Of a DNA stretch of 64,000 nt, positions 12,728-26,865 are shown piece after piece. This DNA is from Octopus sinensis (lineage: Eukaryota), in assembly GCF_006345805.1 (NCBI RefSeq), contig NC_042997.1, forward strand, positions 1,054,001 through 1,118,000, written 5' to 3'. The notes beneath the pieces are model-generated. The model had not been told where the DNA came from. It saw nothing but the letters and a program-made list of their open reading frames with translations, and did no database searches. Numbering within the stretch: the stretch's first letter is position 1; the number at the start of each line of letters is the position of its first letter. Position numbers and translations under genes: made by a program.

Positions 12728-15700
12728 CTGAAAGAGCCAAAGCAGGTTTTACTCCAATAACGGCTCAAAATTCCCTAAAAATAGTGCAGAACACATACAA
12801 ATCAACTCCTCGACTTTTCAGACCCGAGACTGATGTGAAAGCTGGATCATTTTCGTACTAAGTAATTAAACCACCCTTTTAACAAAGTGTTTCCATTATT
12901 TTACGTAACGCTAATTTATCATCTTCCTTGACTTCTCTCTGCTTCATAATCCTACTCGTTTTTTTAGTTATTATCTAATGTAAGCATATATTTGTATGAA
13001 TGCATATGTACACACACACACACAAACACCCACCCACGCGAACACACACGCATACATATACATATATGTAAGTATACATGTGTGAGATTACGGGAATGTA
13101 TGTAAACTGTGAACAGTTGTACATGTGTTTTATTTTTATAATAGATACTTAAATGATTCCAAATTTCCTAATTTGTGACTTTCAAATCAGAAGTTGTAAA
13201 TACATTTATTTTATCGTGATGTTCCATGAAGAAATTTTTTATATTACTTTTCTATTTGTTTACTGAATTAGTTTCTGATGTCGATGACATAGTCCTAACG
13301 TTGGTGAGACAGAGCACATATTTGTCTAAAACTCAAAGTATTACTGTATTTTTAATTTAAGTGTAATAGATGTATACTGTAAAGATAAAGAATAAATATA
13401 TATGAAAAAATAGGTGTTTTGCGAAGTAATTTCAAATACCCACCTCAAGAGGCTAAAATATTTTATACCTATGCACATAAATACGTATTTATTGTTAATA
13501 CGCATTTAATACTATATATTTTAATTTTGTCATGAAGGTATACATTCTTCTTTTTACAATATGTGACCAAATCCCGTGTCGTTAACAGACGAAATACTGT
13601 TATATATTTGTTTTCATCTGAAATACTGATTTCACAACTGTTGTTTTATATTATAGATTTAAGTATAGTTTTGTTTCACCATAGATACAAATATACACAA
13701 ACACTGATGAAACGAAAATTTCAAATCACTATGTCCATATGGCATTCAAGTTTCCCATCATTAATTGTACACTAAAAACCGGAATAAAATTTCTAGAATT
13801 TCAAAACAATAGTTAATGATCTACATTGAATAGAGTGAAGATAGTAGAATCTAAGTACATATACATGATTGGCAACAAAGAGGAGAAAAAAATAAAAGGT
13901 TCCATACTTTTACTGCGCCATTAAAACAATCTGGTATTAATTTTAGCTCTCACGTGCATATATTTTATTCTTCTTCAAGGAGTAAATTAAAATACTTCAA
14001 AGATATGGAAATTAACACCCGGAGAGTGCATCTATTATGTGTTAGTACATTATGTTTATATCACTTCTATTTCATATTTTCTTTTATGTACATAAAGATA
14101 CATATAAGGCATAAAACATTTAATTTTATGTAGTTTTCAAAGTAATCGGTTTCATATCAATCAATATAAAGTTAACTAAAATGCCGATTGTTGATTCTCT
14201 ACATTGCTATGCATATACAGATTTGTAGTGTAATACGATTTGAGGTATATTTAGAAGTAAAATATTATACTGTGATATCCAATGCAGTATTCGTGTTCTT
14301 TGTGTAATTCAATCTTTGCTTATCATTGATAGTAATCTGCAAAGTTCTAGCAAACATTCTGAGGAAAAGGACAAGCATCTATCAAAGAATCGAAACTTAG
14401 GAATATTATGAACTTTTATACATGCTAGTTGCTTCTCTAAAAAGAATAAACATTATGAATTGAAAACAATTGCTATGTAGAATGTACTCGTTTTTGAATG
14501 ATACTAAATCTTAAGTTACATTGCGTTCATTATATTCCCTTCTCGTTTATTTCAAATAATAAGGACATATTTAATGCTCTATGCGTCCCCTAAACACACG
14601 TGTCTACCTATCTATATAAATTAGTGGTCACCCACATTCCTGTACAATTTACTTAAATATACGGCAAACAGTTTATCTAGCAATTTAGCGTATGTTTATA
14701 CAAATCGTGTTATTTACAATCACTTACAAAACTAGTTGTTTATGAAGCTATTATACACATAGGTATATATCTTCATACTTTACAGGCGTACACTGATGAA
14801 TATATTTACTTATCTTGATATTGAATCTCGAACCCCCCCTCACCACCACGCACAGACACCAACAGGCGCGCACACACACACGTACAAAATTCTATCTACG
14901 ATAGAATTTCACTAACCATCTATCTATTTCTTCGACCATTAACCGTATTAAATATTCTGTGAAGGTGAAATAAATGATACACAATCTATCTACAGCTATA
15001 CTGCCACAAACTATATTGGATCTCCTGAAGTATATTATTACTTGAACCAATAATGATATTTTTTTTGTTTAGATGTTTAATCCTAGGCGTATACTTGATA
15101 ACCTCTGATTATCTCTATCGACTATGTGACAATATTATCAACAATATACTTTACTTACTTTCTTTCTAAATTCGTTTTTCTCACTCTGCTACTTATAGAT
15201 ATACAAAAGCGCGATCGCATAGCCAAACACTTATCAGCTATAATATTTCATATCTTAAAAAAGAAATCATATAACGTTTTTATCCTAAAGACAATTAGGC
15301 AGTGGTTATATGTTAAGTAGTATCTAGTGTGTTATTGACGAGATGTGATGTTATTCTAAGAAAATAGTAGACCTTTAATGCGTTCTTTCAGAATCCTCGT
15401 TCTAAATAAATCGTCCAAAGTTCGTACACATTAACCCTAATGTTATGTTAATGGATAAAATTCGTCATACAAAACTTACATACATATATACATACATACA
15501 TACATACATACATACATACATACATACGTACATACATACATACATACATACATACATACATCTATGTGAATGTTTGTGTGTATGCATGTAGTGTATAATA
15601 TAGGAAAATGTTGCATTTCTATACTTATATTTCTGGGCATAATGAAACGAGTTTAAACGCATAAGTTGCAGGACATACGGATACCCTAATACATAAAGCC

Positions 15701-15760
15701 ATACATACACATATTAAAACTCTTGTGTAGGAAAGTCTATATACGCCTCACCGGACTTAC

Positions 15761-15811
15761 CTTTCTCGTTGATTAAAATCATTATTCGGTATACGAATCG
15801 AATTTTGGTTT
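15761..15811 (-). CDS. Candidate short exon
   Basis: Strong donor AAG|gtaagt and weaker acceptor tttttaactgtcaag|; 51 nt. Confidence 0.15.
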
Positions 15812-16999
15812 CTTGACAGTTAAAAATAGATATTTCCCATTAGGATTAAAACTGGTAAATTGATTTGGCTAATTTTTCTTATGTTATTATTATTTGCTTT
15901 AAATTTTGCTTTTTGCCATACATTAAGCATTTCTATTCTGACCAAGCTGGAGCAAAACACTAATTCCTTTTTCTGCAATTTTTTTATGGGTGGGATGCAC
16001 TTTGCAAATTTCGATATTTGCATTTATGTGCTTTCGGAAAACTGCTTTTACGGCCGAATGCCTCTTTCTGTTAAAAATTATAACTAAAACCGCATCGAAA
16101 TTTTAAGTTCTCTATTATTGCATTTCTATAAATACTGGCTACCGTATCTTCGTCTTCTCTCTTGCATTGAAGCATTAAAAATAAATCTGATGTAAAATTA
16201 TCTTGAATTATATTAGAAATCATCTTACTTTTAATTAAATCTAAAAATGTTATTGATTATTTTGACTTTTAATTCCAAAAGTTCTTGTGAATAACGTTAT
16301 ATAGAAATATTACTTCCTAGATTATAATTCTAATATAGCTAATATTAATGCTTATGTTTATTATTCTCGTCTGCCTACGTGTGAGCAACTTATTCTAGTC
16401 ACACAAATTGTAATTTTGCTTCCTGACCTCTTTGGCTGTTTTATTGCATAATAATCGATTTCGTTTATTAAAGCAAATAATCTACGGTAACAATTGCTTC
16501 GGATTGGATGGTGAATGATAAGTCTAATTGTTTCGGGCTAAATATATTGAAATTACATTTTTTTAATTTAGAAATTTGATGTAATCGCTTCACAAATTAT
16601 AGAAATTTCGTTTCCTATAGATAGTATAATTATGTTGTAGATTGTTATCATAATTTAATATATCTAAATGAAGAAGAAATACAGCAGAAATACTGAATAC
16701 TGAATGCATATATTATGCATATATTATCTACTTGATATAGACATTATTCACATAACACAATTTGTATTTCAGCAATCATATATACATCTTCTTATATATA
16801 AAATTATGCATACAGTATGTAGTTGATTGTAATCTAAAAATGCATCATTAAAATACTGCCGAAACCGCCATTGCAAATTTTGAACACCACTTGGGATCTT
16901 TATACATAGGCTATATTTGGAACCATCTTTGGTTAAAATCTATAGGTACTATTGGGCATCTAAGTACATAGTAATAATACTAATGGGTATCTATGTATA

Positions 17000-17076
17000 T
17001 AATAATAATATATGGGCACCAATATTTATAGTAGTAGCAGTAGTAATATTAGTAGTAGTAGCAGCAGCAGTAGCAT

Positions 17077-17132
<56 letters not shown>

Positions 17133-17145
17133 ATAATAATAATAA

Positions 17146-17183
<38 letters not shown>
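17000..17183. repeat. Compound (TAG)n-(TAA)n microsatellite just upstream of an R4/Dong element
   Basis: Direct reading. Confidence 0.95.
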
Positions 17184-17185
<2 letters not shown>

Positions 17186-17244
17186 CACATACAACCACAC
17201 CAAAACAAAGGTGCAATAAATGATGCAATAGGAAGTTGATTGAA

Positions 17245-19897
17245 TCATTCAGATGTCGAGAAATTATAGTGGTGATGACGATGGTGACGAATGTTTCCCT
17301 ACCTCAGTTTATGAGAGACGGGAATTTCCGAAAAACTTCGGTTGTGACAGCGAAGTGGATCAGCAAAATTGCAGACTGACCACAGGTGTCATGATAATAC
17401 AGCATCATCAGATCATAGAGCAAGGAGGAGGAAGCGGACCAGCGAACAAATCAGGATAGTGATGCAGTGATACTTAGAAAGTGAACCTAAAAGAGGGGGC
17501 TATAAAAACGGATATTGAGATTTTGAGTGGAGAAAGGGATGTATAAAGTGACTAAGCAAAGGTTAGTTGATCAAGCTAATGCTTTAATGAGAAGAAAGCA
17601 GATGATAGAATTCGTGGTAGAAGAGATGACAAGAGAACTGGAAAAGAAAGACAAGGCTGTGGGAAAGACAAGCAACAAAATAAGAGATACATCTCAAACC
17701 AAAGAAGAACCTAAAGGAAAAATATTAATACCAATAAAGAAGGGGCAACTGGCACCAGGGATTTAAGTGATTTAAGTGGGGAAATCAATGTTCGAGTATG
17801 TGCAGTATAGCAGATAACATAAGAGAATTATTTAGATTTAGCATGAAGAAATAGAAAGTAGATCTATACTAAGGTGACACAAAGAAGAGGACACAAAAGA
17901 AGAGGAAATTTCCAGGGAGCCTCGTTGTCCCCTTTAATATTTGTTCCATATTTGATACCCTTCAGTTTAGTTTTAAGGATGGCAAAGGCAGGATGTCAGT
18001 TAAGAAACAGCAAGGGAAAAATTAACCATTTGCTCTACCTGGATGATATGCAGCTTTTCAGTAAGAATAAACAAGAGATAGATTCCTTAATACAGACTGT
18101 AAGACACTTGATCAAAGATATAGGCGGGGGATTTGGCATAGATAAGTGTGCAATATTAGTCATGAGAAGGGGACAGATAGTCAACAGCGAAACCATCCTA
18201 TTACAAGATGGCCAAACATTACAAGCATTGAATGGAGGAGAGAGTTTTAAGTATGTAGGAGTATTAGAATCTGAAAGATTACTAACTATAGAACTGAGAA
18301 CGAAAATTGAGAAGGAACACATCAGAAACGCGAGGAAGCTAATAAAGTAAAAGCAAAACAGTCCGAATTTAGTGAAGGCTGTAAATAATTGGGTAGTTTC
18401 ATTAGTTATATACTCAGCAACCTTTGTAGATTGGATAAAATCTGAATTAGCAAAGCTGGACAGTAGAATTAGGACGGAATTCAATATGAATGGAGGACTT
18501 CACCCAACGGCAGATGTAGCAAGATTATACCTACCTAGAAAGGAAGGTGGAAGAGAGTTAATATCAGTGAAAGAATGCGTAGAGTTAGCTAGAGTATGTA
18601 TAGATTTCTATGTAGGCAACAGAGAACAAAGTTGATTAAAAGCTGCGAGAATCACTGCAAGACAAAGGGGAACCAAAACACCAAAAGAAGTTGAAAAGCG
18701 AAAAACAAACCCAGAAATTAAATGACTGGCAGGAGAAGGATTTGCATGGTAGCTTTCCAAAGATAATTGCAGCAAATAGTAGTAGTGAGACATGGATATG
18801 GTTGCAGAAGCGAAAGTTTAAGAGGGAGACAGAAAGTTTGTTAGTAGCTTCACAAGATCAATCATTAAGATCAAGCATTTCTATCTAGAAAAGAAGGCAG
18901 AAAAGTGTTAATATCAATAGAACACTGCGTGGAGTTGGTTAAAGTGGATATAGACTCCTATGTAGGCAATAGTGAAAAATGTTTATTAAATGCTGCGAGT
19001 GTCACAGCAAGACATAGGGAAACCAAAAACCCAAACAAAGTTAAAATCAGAGAAAAGAACAGAAATTAGATAACTGGCTGGAGAAGGCGTTGCATGGTAG
19101 ATTACCAAAGATAGTTGCAGCAAATAGTGGTGAAGAGACACGGTTATGTTTGCAGAAAGGAAAGATGAAGAGGGAGACAGAAAGGTTGTTAGTGACTGCA
19201 CAACATCAAACAGTAAGTACTAATTGGATAAAAGCCAAGATAGACAAAAAACAAGTAGATTCCCAATGTAGATTATGCAAATCAAAAGAGAACGGCGTTA
19301 CTCGCATAGTAAGTGAATGTAGCATGCTGGCACAGAAAGAATACAAAAAAGGACAAGACAATCTAGGGAGAGCGATCCGCAGGTATCTTTGAAGAAAGCT
19401 AGGATTTGAACATACTGATAAATGATATGAACAGAAACCTAGTAAAGTGCTAGAAAGTAAGAAATATAAGATATTGTGCGACTTCAACTTTCAGACTGGC
19501 AATTTAATGGATGCTTGAACGCCTGATTTGGTAGTTGTAGATAAATGGAATAGAAAGTGCCAGATAATTGATTTTACAGTCCCAAATGACGAAAACATTA
19601 ATATGTGGGGTATAGAAAAATAGCAAAGTACCAGGACGTAGCTATTCAATTCTATAGACTATGGAATCCGTGGCTAAAATGTATCCCAGTAGTTATAGGG
19701 GAATTTGGAACTATCACTAAAGATCTGAACAAATGGATAGAGGAAACAGTCATAAAACCTAGTTTAGTACAGCCGCAGAAAACAGTGTTATTAGGGACAG
19801 CTAGGATACTTAGTAGGGTTCTTGGTATCTAAGTTTACTTGTTGTAGCCCGATGTTAGACTGCTTATTTTTCCAACAGTCTATTCTGTTGTGTTTAT
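17245..19897 (+). mobile_element. R4/Dong-clade non-LTR retrotransposon, internally deleted and degenerate (RT, CCHC knuckle, restriction-like endonuclease)
   Basis: N-terminal YLESEPKRGGY and KQRLVDQA. RT motifs FQGASLSPLIF, INHLLYLDD, FGIDKCA, FKYVG and LHPTADVARLYLPRKEGGR. Knuckle CRLC..EC. RLE PDLVVVDKWNRKCQIIDF. C-terminus LLGTARILSRVLGI, then a (TAA)n tail. Confidence 0.9.
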
Positions 19898-19927
19898 ATG
19901 ATGATGAAGATAATAATAACGATAATG

Positions 19928-20023
<96 letters not shown>

Positions 20024-20163
20024 ACGAAGATGATGATGATAATGATAATAATAATAATAATAATAATAGTAATAATAATAATAGTAAGAAGAAGAAGAAG
20101 AAGAAGAAAGAAGAAGAAGAAGAAGAAGAAGAAGAACAACAACAACAACAACAACAACAACAA
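19898..20163. repeat. Compound trinucleotide array (TAA/TGA/AGA/ACA)
   Basis: Direct reading; follows the R4/Dong 3' end. Confidence 0.95.
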
Positions 20164-20184
20164 CCTCTTCAGTAGGAAAAAGAC

Positions 20185-20460
20185 TGCTATAGAAAATGAA
20201 GGTGAAGCTAGTGCCAATTATTGTTGGGTCCTTGGGAACAGTATCAGAAGGCATCAAGAGGAATATTAAGTAACTTAGAATAGAATGCCCAGTAGAACTG
20301 TTGTAGAAGATTTGCCTGCTTGACACGGCCAGAATAACCAGGAAATTATTAGATAGCTGAAAAGAAGGGATACCGTTGTACCGTCGGCTATAGGTAGTAT
20401 ATCTCGCTACGCATAGAAAACTCCAGGAGCTCGAACAAAACCTGTGATAAAAAATAAAAA
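20185..20460 (+). mobile_element. R4/Dong 3'-end fragment of a second subfamily
   Basis: Translates to KMKVKLVPIIVGSLGTV...LLDTARITRKLLDS*, followed by an A-rich tail. Confidence 0.75.
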
Positions 20461-20539
20461 AATATATAAGATCTCTACTGTCGCCTCCTAATTCTTACTC
20501 GTTAGCATAGCAACGTGTAATATACATCTCCTTCTACAC

Positions 20540-22355
20540 CATAGTAATGGGATGAGCCAATCTAACAACATTAACTCAAACGAGGCATCTTTCAAGGTGA
20601 TTCCCTCTCCCCATTACTCTTTTGCTTGGTACTGATGCCACTCTCAAACGAACTAACACCAGATACTGTCTCAAGATGTATAATATAGTAAACCATCTGT
20701 TTTATATGGACGATCCGAAGCCGTTTGGTAGAAATGTCGAAGAGCCAGTAGGGTTATTAAAAACTGTTAACGATTTCATAATGGATTTTGGCGTTGATAA
20801 GTATGCTAAAGCAACTTTTTAAGAGGCAACCTCAAGCAAACAGTTTCCATTAGATTAGATAGCTACACTACCATCGAGGAGCTCAACCCATAAGAAAACT
20901 ATAGACATCTGCGGGTAAACGAAGGAAATGGTACACAATATGCTATCATGAAAGAAAATATAAGAAAGGAGAAATACAGGAGAGTGAGACTCATACTTAA
21001 AAGTGAACTTAACTCTAAAATTTGCATCGACGCCATTGATAGCCCGGTACTTCAACTAATCCAATACAGTTTGGAATCTTACATAACTCCAACGAATTGA
21101 CAGGAAGATGGGAAAGCTAATATCCTCTAAGAACATGCACTACCAAGAAGCAGATGTTGATCGTCTGCAGCTACCTAGAAGTAATGGGGTAAGAGGAATG
21201 ATACAGGTAGAACTGTGCTATAAGATCTCAAGAATAGCTATGAACGAATACTTATCTGCTACACATGACTGGATACTGAGACATGTGTGCAAATACAAAA
21301 ACAGCAAAAATGACATTCTCTTGTCAAGCAAGCTTGCAAATTCGCAAGGGAACTCGGCAATAACCCAAAATTAGATGAAGAACCTGAAACCACTGCCATC
21401 AAACGGCGAAAACGGATCACACAGACTGCAAAAAAAAAACCAAGGCAGAAACAAATTGAGGAGCGGAGGAATCAGAAGCTTTTGCATGGACAGTATATAT
21501 TTCGAAGCCAAAAAGCTAATGTAGACCGAATAACAACACATTAGTGGCTAAGAAACTCAAGATTTGAAGCAGAGGCTGAAGATTTCATATTAGCAGCACA
21601 AGATCAATGCTTACTTACCAAAAACTACCAAACGAACTTTCTTCAAAACGCTTCTAACTCTAAATGTAGATTCTGCAATACAGTTGACGAAACAATAGAC
21701 CATCTCGTCTCGGGATGTTCTGTGCTGAGAACAAACGAATACAAAAATTCCCACAGTAGTGTAGGACAGTATTTACATTGGAAAATATGTATACTCCTGC
21801 ATACTGGTATGAACATCAACCTGAGCCAGTTGTTGAAGATAAAAATGTCGCTATCTTCTGAGATTTTCCAGTCAACACCGACGGAACGATTCTGGGTAAT
21901 CAACCAGCCATAGCCATTAAAGACATGGAAGACAATACTTGTAAACTAAAAAATGTAAGTGTTCCCACTGATAAAAATATATCTGTAAAGGAACTTGACA
22001 AATAAAGTAAATATAAGTACCTGGTAATTGAAATACAAGTGATGTGGCATTTTAAAGCGCGAAGTGTTCCTGTTCTTGTGGGTGTTCTAGGCATGATAAA
22101 AAGGAATGTCAAAGACATCTAGATAATATCCCAGGAGTACCATGTCTCAGAGAAATCCAAAAGATTCAGCTAACAAGTACTGACCAAATCCTTCGAAAAC
22201 CATGTATTGTATTACATGAAAATATTTCACTTCTGCCCTTCCACATCCTATCTCCAAGCTTTCGATCATACTGTAACATTTATTATCCTTCATTCACCCT
22301 AGGACGCCGGGTGTGTAGCAAACACACAGATTAAAAATAAATAATAATAATAATG
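20540..22355 (+). mobile_element. 5'-truncated R4/Dong retrotransposon of a third subfamily
   Basis: RGIFQGDSLSPLLF, NHLFYMDD, FGVDKYAK, HYQEADVDRLQLPRSNGVRG and CRFC..ETIDHLVSGC, then VPVLVGVLG; short (TAA)n tail. Confidence 0.88.
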
Positions 22356-22393
22356 ATGATTACGAAGAGTCATAACATTATCTTTAACTCCTT

Positions 22394-22440
<47 letters not shown>

Positions 22441-22747
22441 ATGTGTGTGTGTGTGTGTGTGAGTGTGTGTGTGTATGTATGTATATATATATATAAATAC
22501 AGGAGAAGAAAAACTAATATGGCAGAATGTTAGATTGAAAGTAAGTTTTAATAAAAATGGGTGTATGAAAAATAAAAAAAGAAATCAAACCAGATTCCAT
22601 GGCAAGACAAATCTTCGGCATCTGGAAGGGGTATTTTTTTCTAAATTGAGGAAGGGGAAAAAAGAAATTTACATTTTTTTCCTTTTTTTGCCTCTCCTAT
22701 CATTTCTTCACGTGCGGGTAACACAACCCCACCATTTACTGACTTAT

Positions 22748-22792
<45 letters not shown>

Positions 22793-24247
22793 GTAGCCTT
22801 TGCAGCAGTACAATAATACAGGTACAATTTCTTTAGATTCTTCACTTTGATATCCTGTGATTTAACTATTTAATGTTTCTCCGTTGTGTAATGTGGAGTT
22901 GTTACTTAATTTAGACGCGAACTGTCTTCAATTCAAGTATGTAAAAGTATTCATTACCTTTAGATGTAACTTCATATCTAAATATTGCATTTTTAGTTTT
23001 ACATTTATTATTCACATAACAGAATTTCCTTTTGGAACAATTGCAGAGATAATTTTTGATATTTCTCTCAGATTTAATATCAACTTGATCATCCATGTTA
23101 GAAACCAAATTCATTTCTATCAAGTTAATTATTACTATCTATTCTTTCATATAACTTTATATTTGTTCTATTTCTAGCTGATTTTTATTCAATTGTACGG
23201 TGTTAACTATGTTACATTAGGCTGTTTCCATTTCGGAGAATTTTAAATCCTTCGTGTTTCGTCTATTTGAGATTTGTTTTATTATTATTCCATTTGACAT
23301 TATTATTCTGAATTATTGACATTATTATTCTGACATTATCATTCTATGCTACACTGAGGAGAATAGCTTCTTAGAATTTCTATATCATTTTTACGCTGTG
23401 TGTTGCTATTATTTGTGCAATATTTTTACTGTTAGTAAAATCCATATGGAACTTACGTTTATTAAAATGTCCATAGCATATATGATTTATAGGAAAATAT
23501 GTTTCTATTGCTATATTGAACAGTGTGGAAAGATTATTATTTACTTGCTTACCAGCAATATATTTCGAGTAACTAAAGTAATATATTTAGAATTATCCAA
23601 CGGAATATATCTCTAAATTCTTATCTCATGAGAATTATTTCTGGAATTATATATTAATCGTTGGATAACCTATTTGAAATATCTAACTGTAAGCAAACCG
23701 GTAAGCATTTGGAGAAATCCCTTACTAATTACCTATATATATATATATTATACACATAAGGAATCTACACCTAGGGTGAAGATTCAGCGCATTAGAGAGC
23801 CACAAAAATAATGGATAAGTTTCGACAGGAACAAAAATAAATTTAAAAATGAAAAACATTTACCATTTATTACCCCGCAAGGATATTGGTTTCTGATCTT
23901 CTTTTAGCGAGTCATAGGAACTCAAAAGGTCTGATCTTTCTCAACGAGGGCCAACCTGGGGTTAAAACATGTAAGACAGAAGACAGGGACCCGCTATCTG
24001 CCGGCTGACTACACGAAGTAACTTTTCAAAATTTCTCTGCGCAATCGCAGTCCTATCGACAGCCAAAACAAACCGCCAATTTTAACCGAAAATCATCCAA
24101 AAAGTTATAATGCTTATTTGTTTACGTTTTTTCACTTGTTGATCTCCTGTTCTTCATGAGTATTTTTGGTACTTTGTCCTGTACTTATCAATCATGCGTT
24201 TACTTGTTTTTCGCTCGTTGGTGACGTTCTGTACTCAATGTGTCTTA

Positions 24248-24646
<399 letters not shown>

Positions 24647-24675
24647 GTGGGTATATGACGTAGTGGTTAAGACCC

Positions 24676-26160
24676 TACCCTCGCCCTTAATGTTCAGTCT
24701 CGAGTACCTAAACTCTTCGACGCCCTACTCGAATAACATTTCCCTAAATCTAGCCACGTTAGAAAAATATTTATCCCGCAATCTATAAAATTGTCCTATT
24801 CCACAACCACCAACATCACCGGAGTTATCCGACATATGAACAACAAGAAGCTACGCTCATAACGTCATTCAACATAACCCCCAGTTCCATACATGTAAAG
24901 CCCAAAACACTTGCTGGTCCACTTAAAAACTCTAACCCTCATAATTCTAACTATAATTCCACTACTAACACCCTATCCTTCAATTTACCACAACGTCCAA
25001 ATATACCTCTTGCAGAAACAAAGAAAAACACCGGGCACGATAATTATCACGTCATATAACCCCCAAAACACCACCCTCAACTCCCTAACAAACACTAATC
25101 TCAACGCCTGCAATAAAAATTTACCTAACACCGGTTCCTCACTAAGTAACAATTCCCTCACAAGTTCATCCGGAATACCCACTACAGCTTCTGGCGCCCA
25201 GCCTCCTGTCCTTTGGGTAACTGCTGTCTCACATTAAAAAAAATATCGTTTACAGTGTACAGTATCAATTTCCAATTTACGACTACCTCTATATTGGCTC
25301 GCGCAGCACCACCTTCAAAGTAGTGGGCAACCACTAATCCAGTTTCCGGTCCCAAACAAAATCCAAGAATACACCGCTATCTCAGTTTATCAATAACGTA
25401 AAGATTGATGCAACTCCCTACACTCTCAAGTGGTCCATACTCACCGACGCCAAACCATACAGCAGATATAATGACATGCGTGATCTCTCCATATCCAAGG
25501 TGTTAGCTATTTTGCAATCCACTGATTGTCTTAGTGAAGGCAGCAGTATAATTTTTACCTGCAAACATAGATCACTACAAAAATACCAACCAACCACCTC
25601 TACATTTCCCACTAACTTTCATAAATGTTCCCTCACTACCATTATATGCTAAACGAACTTTATATCTTCCATTTAATACCTTTTTGTCACTTACATATTT
25701 GTTTATGTATCGTTCCTTACCATTTATAAGTGTTTTCTCTCTTATTCTCCCCTTTAATTTACAACCTTCTCTCATGTATATTTCCTTACCATTTAGAAAT
25801 TATTTTTTTCTTATTTCACCTGCGTCCCCCTCCTAACACCCCTTTGTAAACTTACAAATACAGAAGCCAACATACACCTTTATTATTTCATTACAGTAAA
25901 CACACTCACCGCGCACAATATATACGATTCATGCTATTCTAACTTGCTTTCTTCTGCATGCAAACGTTTTCACACCCATGACCAAATATATTTCACACCT
26001 ACTCCCCTCCACATTATCTTCATTTCAAATACCACTGCCCTTCCTTATTTCTATGATTCGGCTAAAATAGTTCTATTGAACACAACCGGTCTAATGACCT
26101 TGCTTAAATTCCTCTTTATTCTCACTCCCTTATGTTTTCTTTCTTTTCCGTTCTTTTAAT
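24676..26160 (+). mobile_element. 5'-truncated Penelope-like element: RT thumb, long linker, GIY-YIG endonuclease, 3' UTR
   Basis: HFPKSSHVRKIF..IKLSYSTTTNI near 24740-24850. NIVY...LYIGS..TTFK..NH...TPLSQFI...LKWSILTDAKPY...CKH at 25240-25600. Contains stops. Confidence 0.82.
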
Positions 26161-26334
26161 CCTATATATATAATATATATATATATAATATATATATATA
26201 TATAGTGAATTGTTTTGCGTAAAAAGGGTCAACATGACGAGTACTCTATCTAATGCCAGCCTAATATCAAAAGTAAACGGAGATATAATAAACATATGTG
26301 TGTGTTTGTGCGTGTGTAGTATATATATACCTTT

Positions 26335-26366
<32 letters not shown>

Positions 26367-26452
26367 ATATATATATATATATATTAGGGAGTAAATCTAA
26401 ACTTACAGGGAAAAATTAGATTTAGAATTAAATCTAATTTTACAGTATAAAT

Positions 26453-26615
26453 ATAAATTAAATTAGAGATAAAACCACTATTAGGCAAATCAAACAGTGA
26501 AAAACATAATCCAAAACATAGAAATAAAATTAATCATATAAAATACAAAATATATAAAACATAAAATTTAAAATTTAAATAATTTAATAGTGGTTTTATC
26601 TCTAATTTAATTTAT
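26453..26615. repeat. Inverted repeat with 31-bp perfect arms
   Basis: ataaattaaattagagataaaaccactatta (26453-26483) and its reverse complement (26585-26615). Confidence 0.9.
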
Positions 26616-26643
26616 TTATATATATATATATTTGTTATATAGA

Positions 26644-26695
26644 AGGAGCTTCTACAGGACTAGAACTGTTTCTTCAAGAGAAATCTTCAGGAAGC
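26644..26695 (-). ncRNA. Type-I hammerhead ribozyme (GUA), left member of a back-to-back pair
   Basis: gcuuc-CUGAAGA-uuucucuugaa-GAAA-cag uucuaguc cug-UA|gaagc. Confidence 0.75.
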
Positions 26696-26751
26696 AGGAG
26701 CTTCCTGAAGATTTCTCTGAATGAAACAGTTCTAGTCCTGTAGAAGCTCCT
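26696..26751 (+). ncRNA. Type-I hammerhead ribozyme (GUA), right member of a back-to-back pair
   Basis: aggagcuuc-CUGAAGA-u uuc ucu gaa u-GAAA-cag uucuaguc cug-UA|gaagcuccu. 9-bp stem I and 4-bp stem III. Confidence 0.82.
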
Positions 26752-26865
26752 CTATATAATAAATTAATTTTACTCTACTAGTATTGAGTACCTTATTTAC
26801 TGTGGTTAACCCCGAATCAACCCGGGACCTACATATATATATATATATATATATAGGTATATAAG

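Noticed and set aside
12673-12861. Plus-strand ORF MLVRFEAPNEK... and plus-strand exon-like 11196-11248
   Set aside because: Phases are incompatible, no homolog is recognised, and the ORF overlaps the competing minus-strand candidate.
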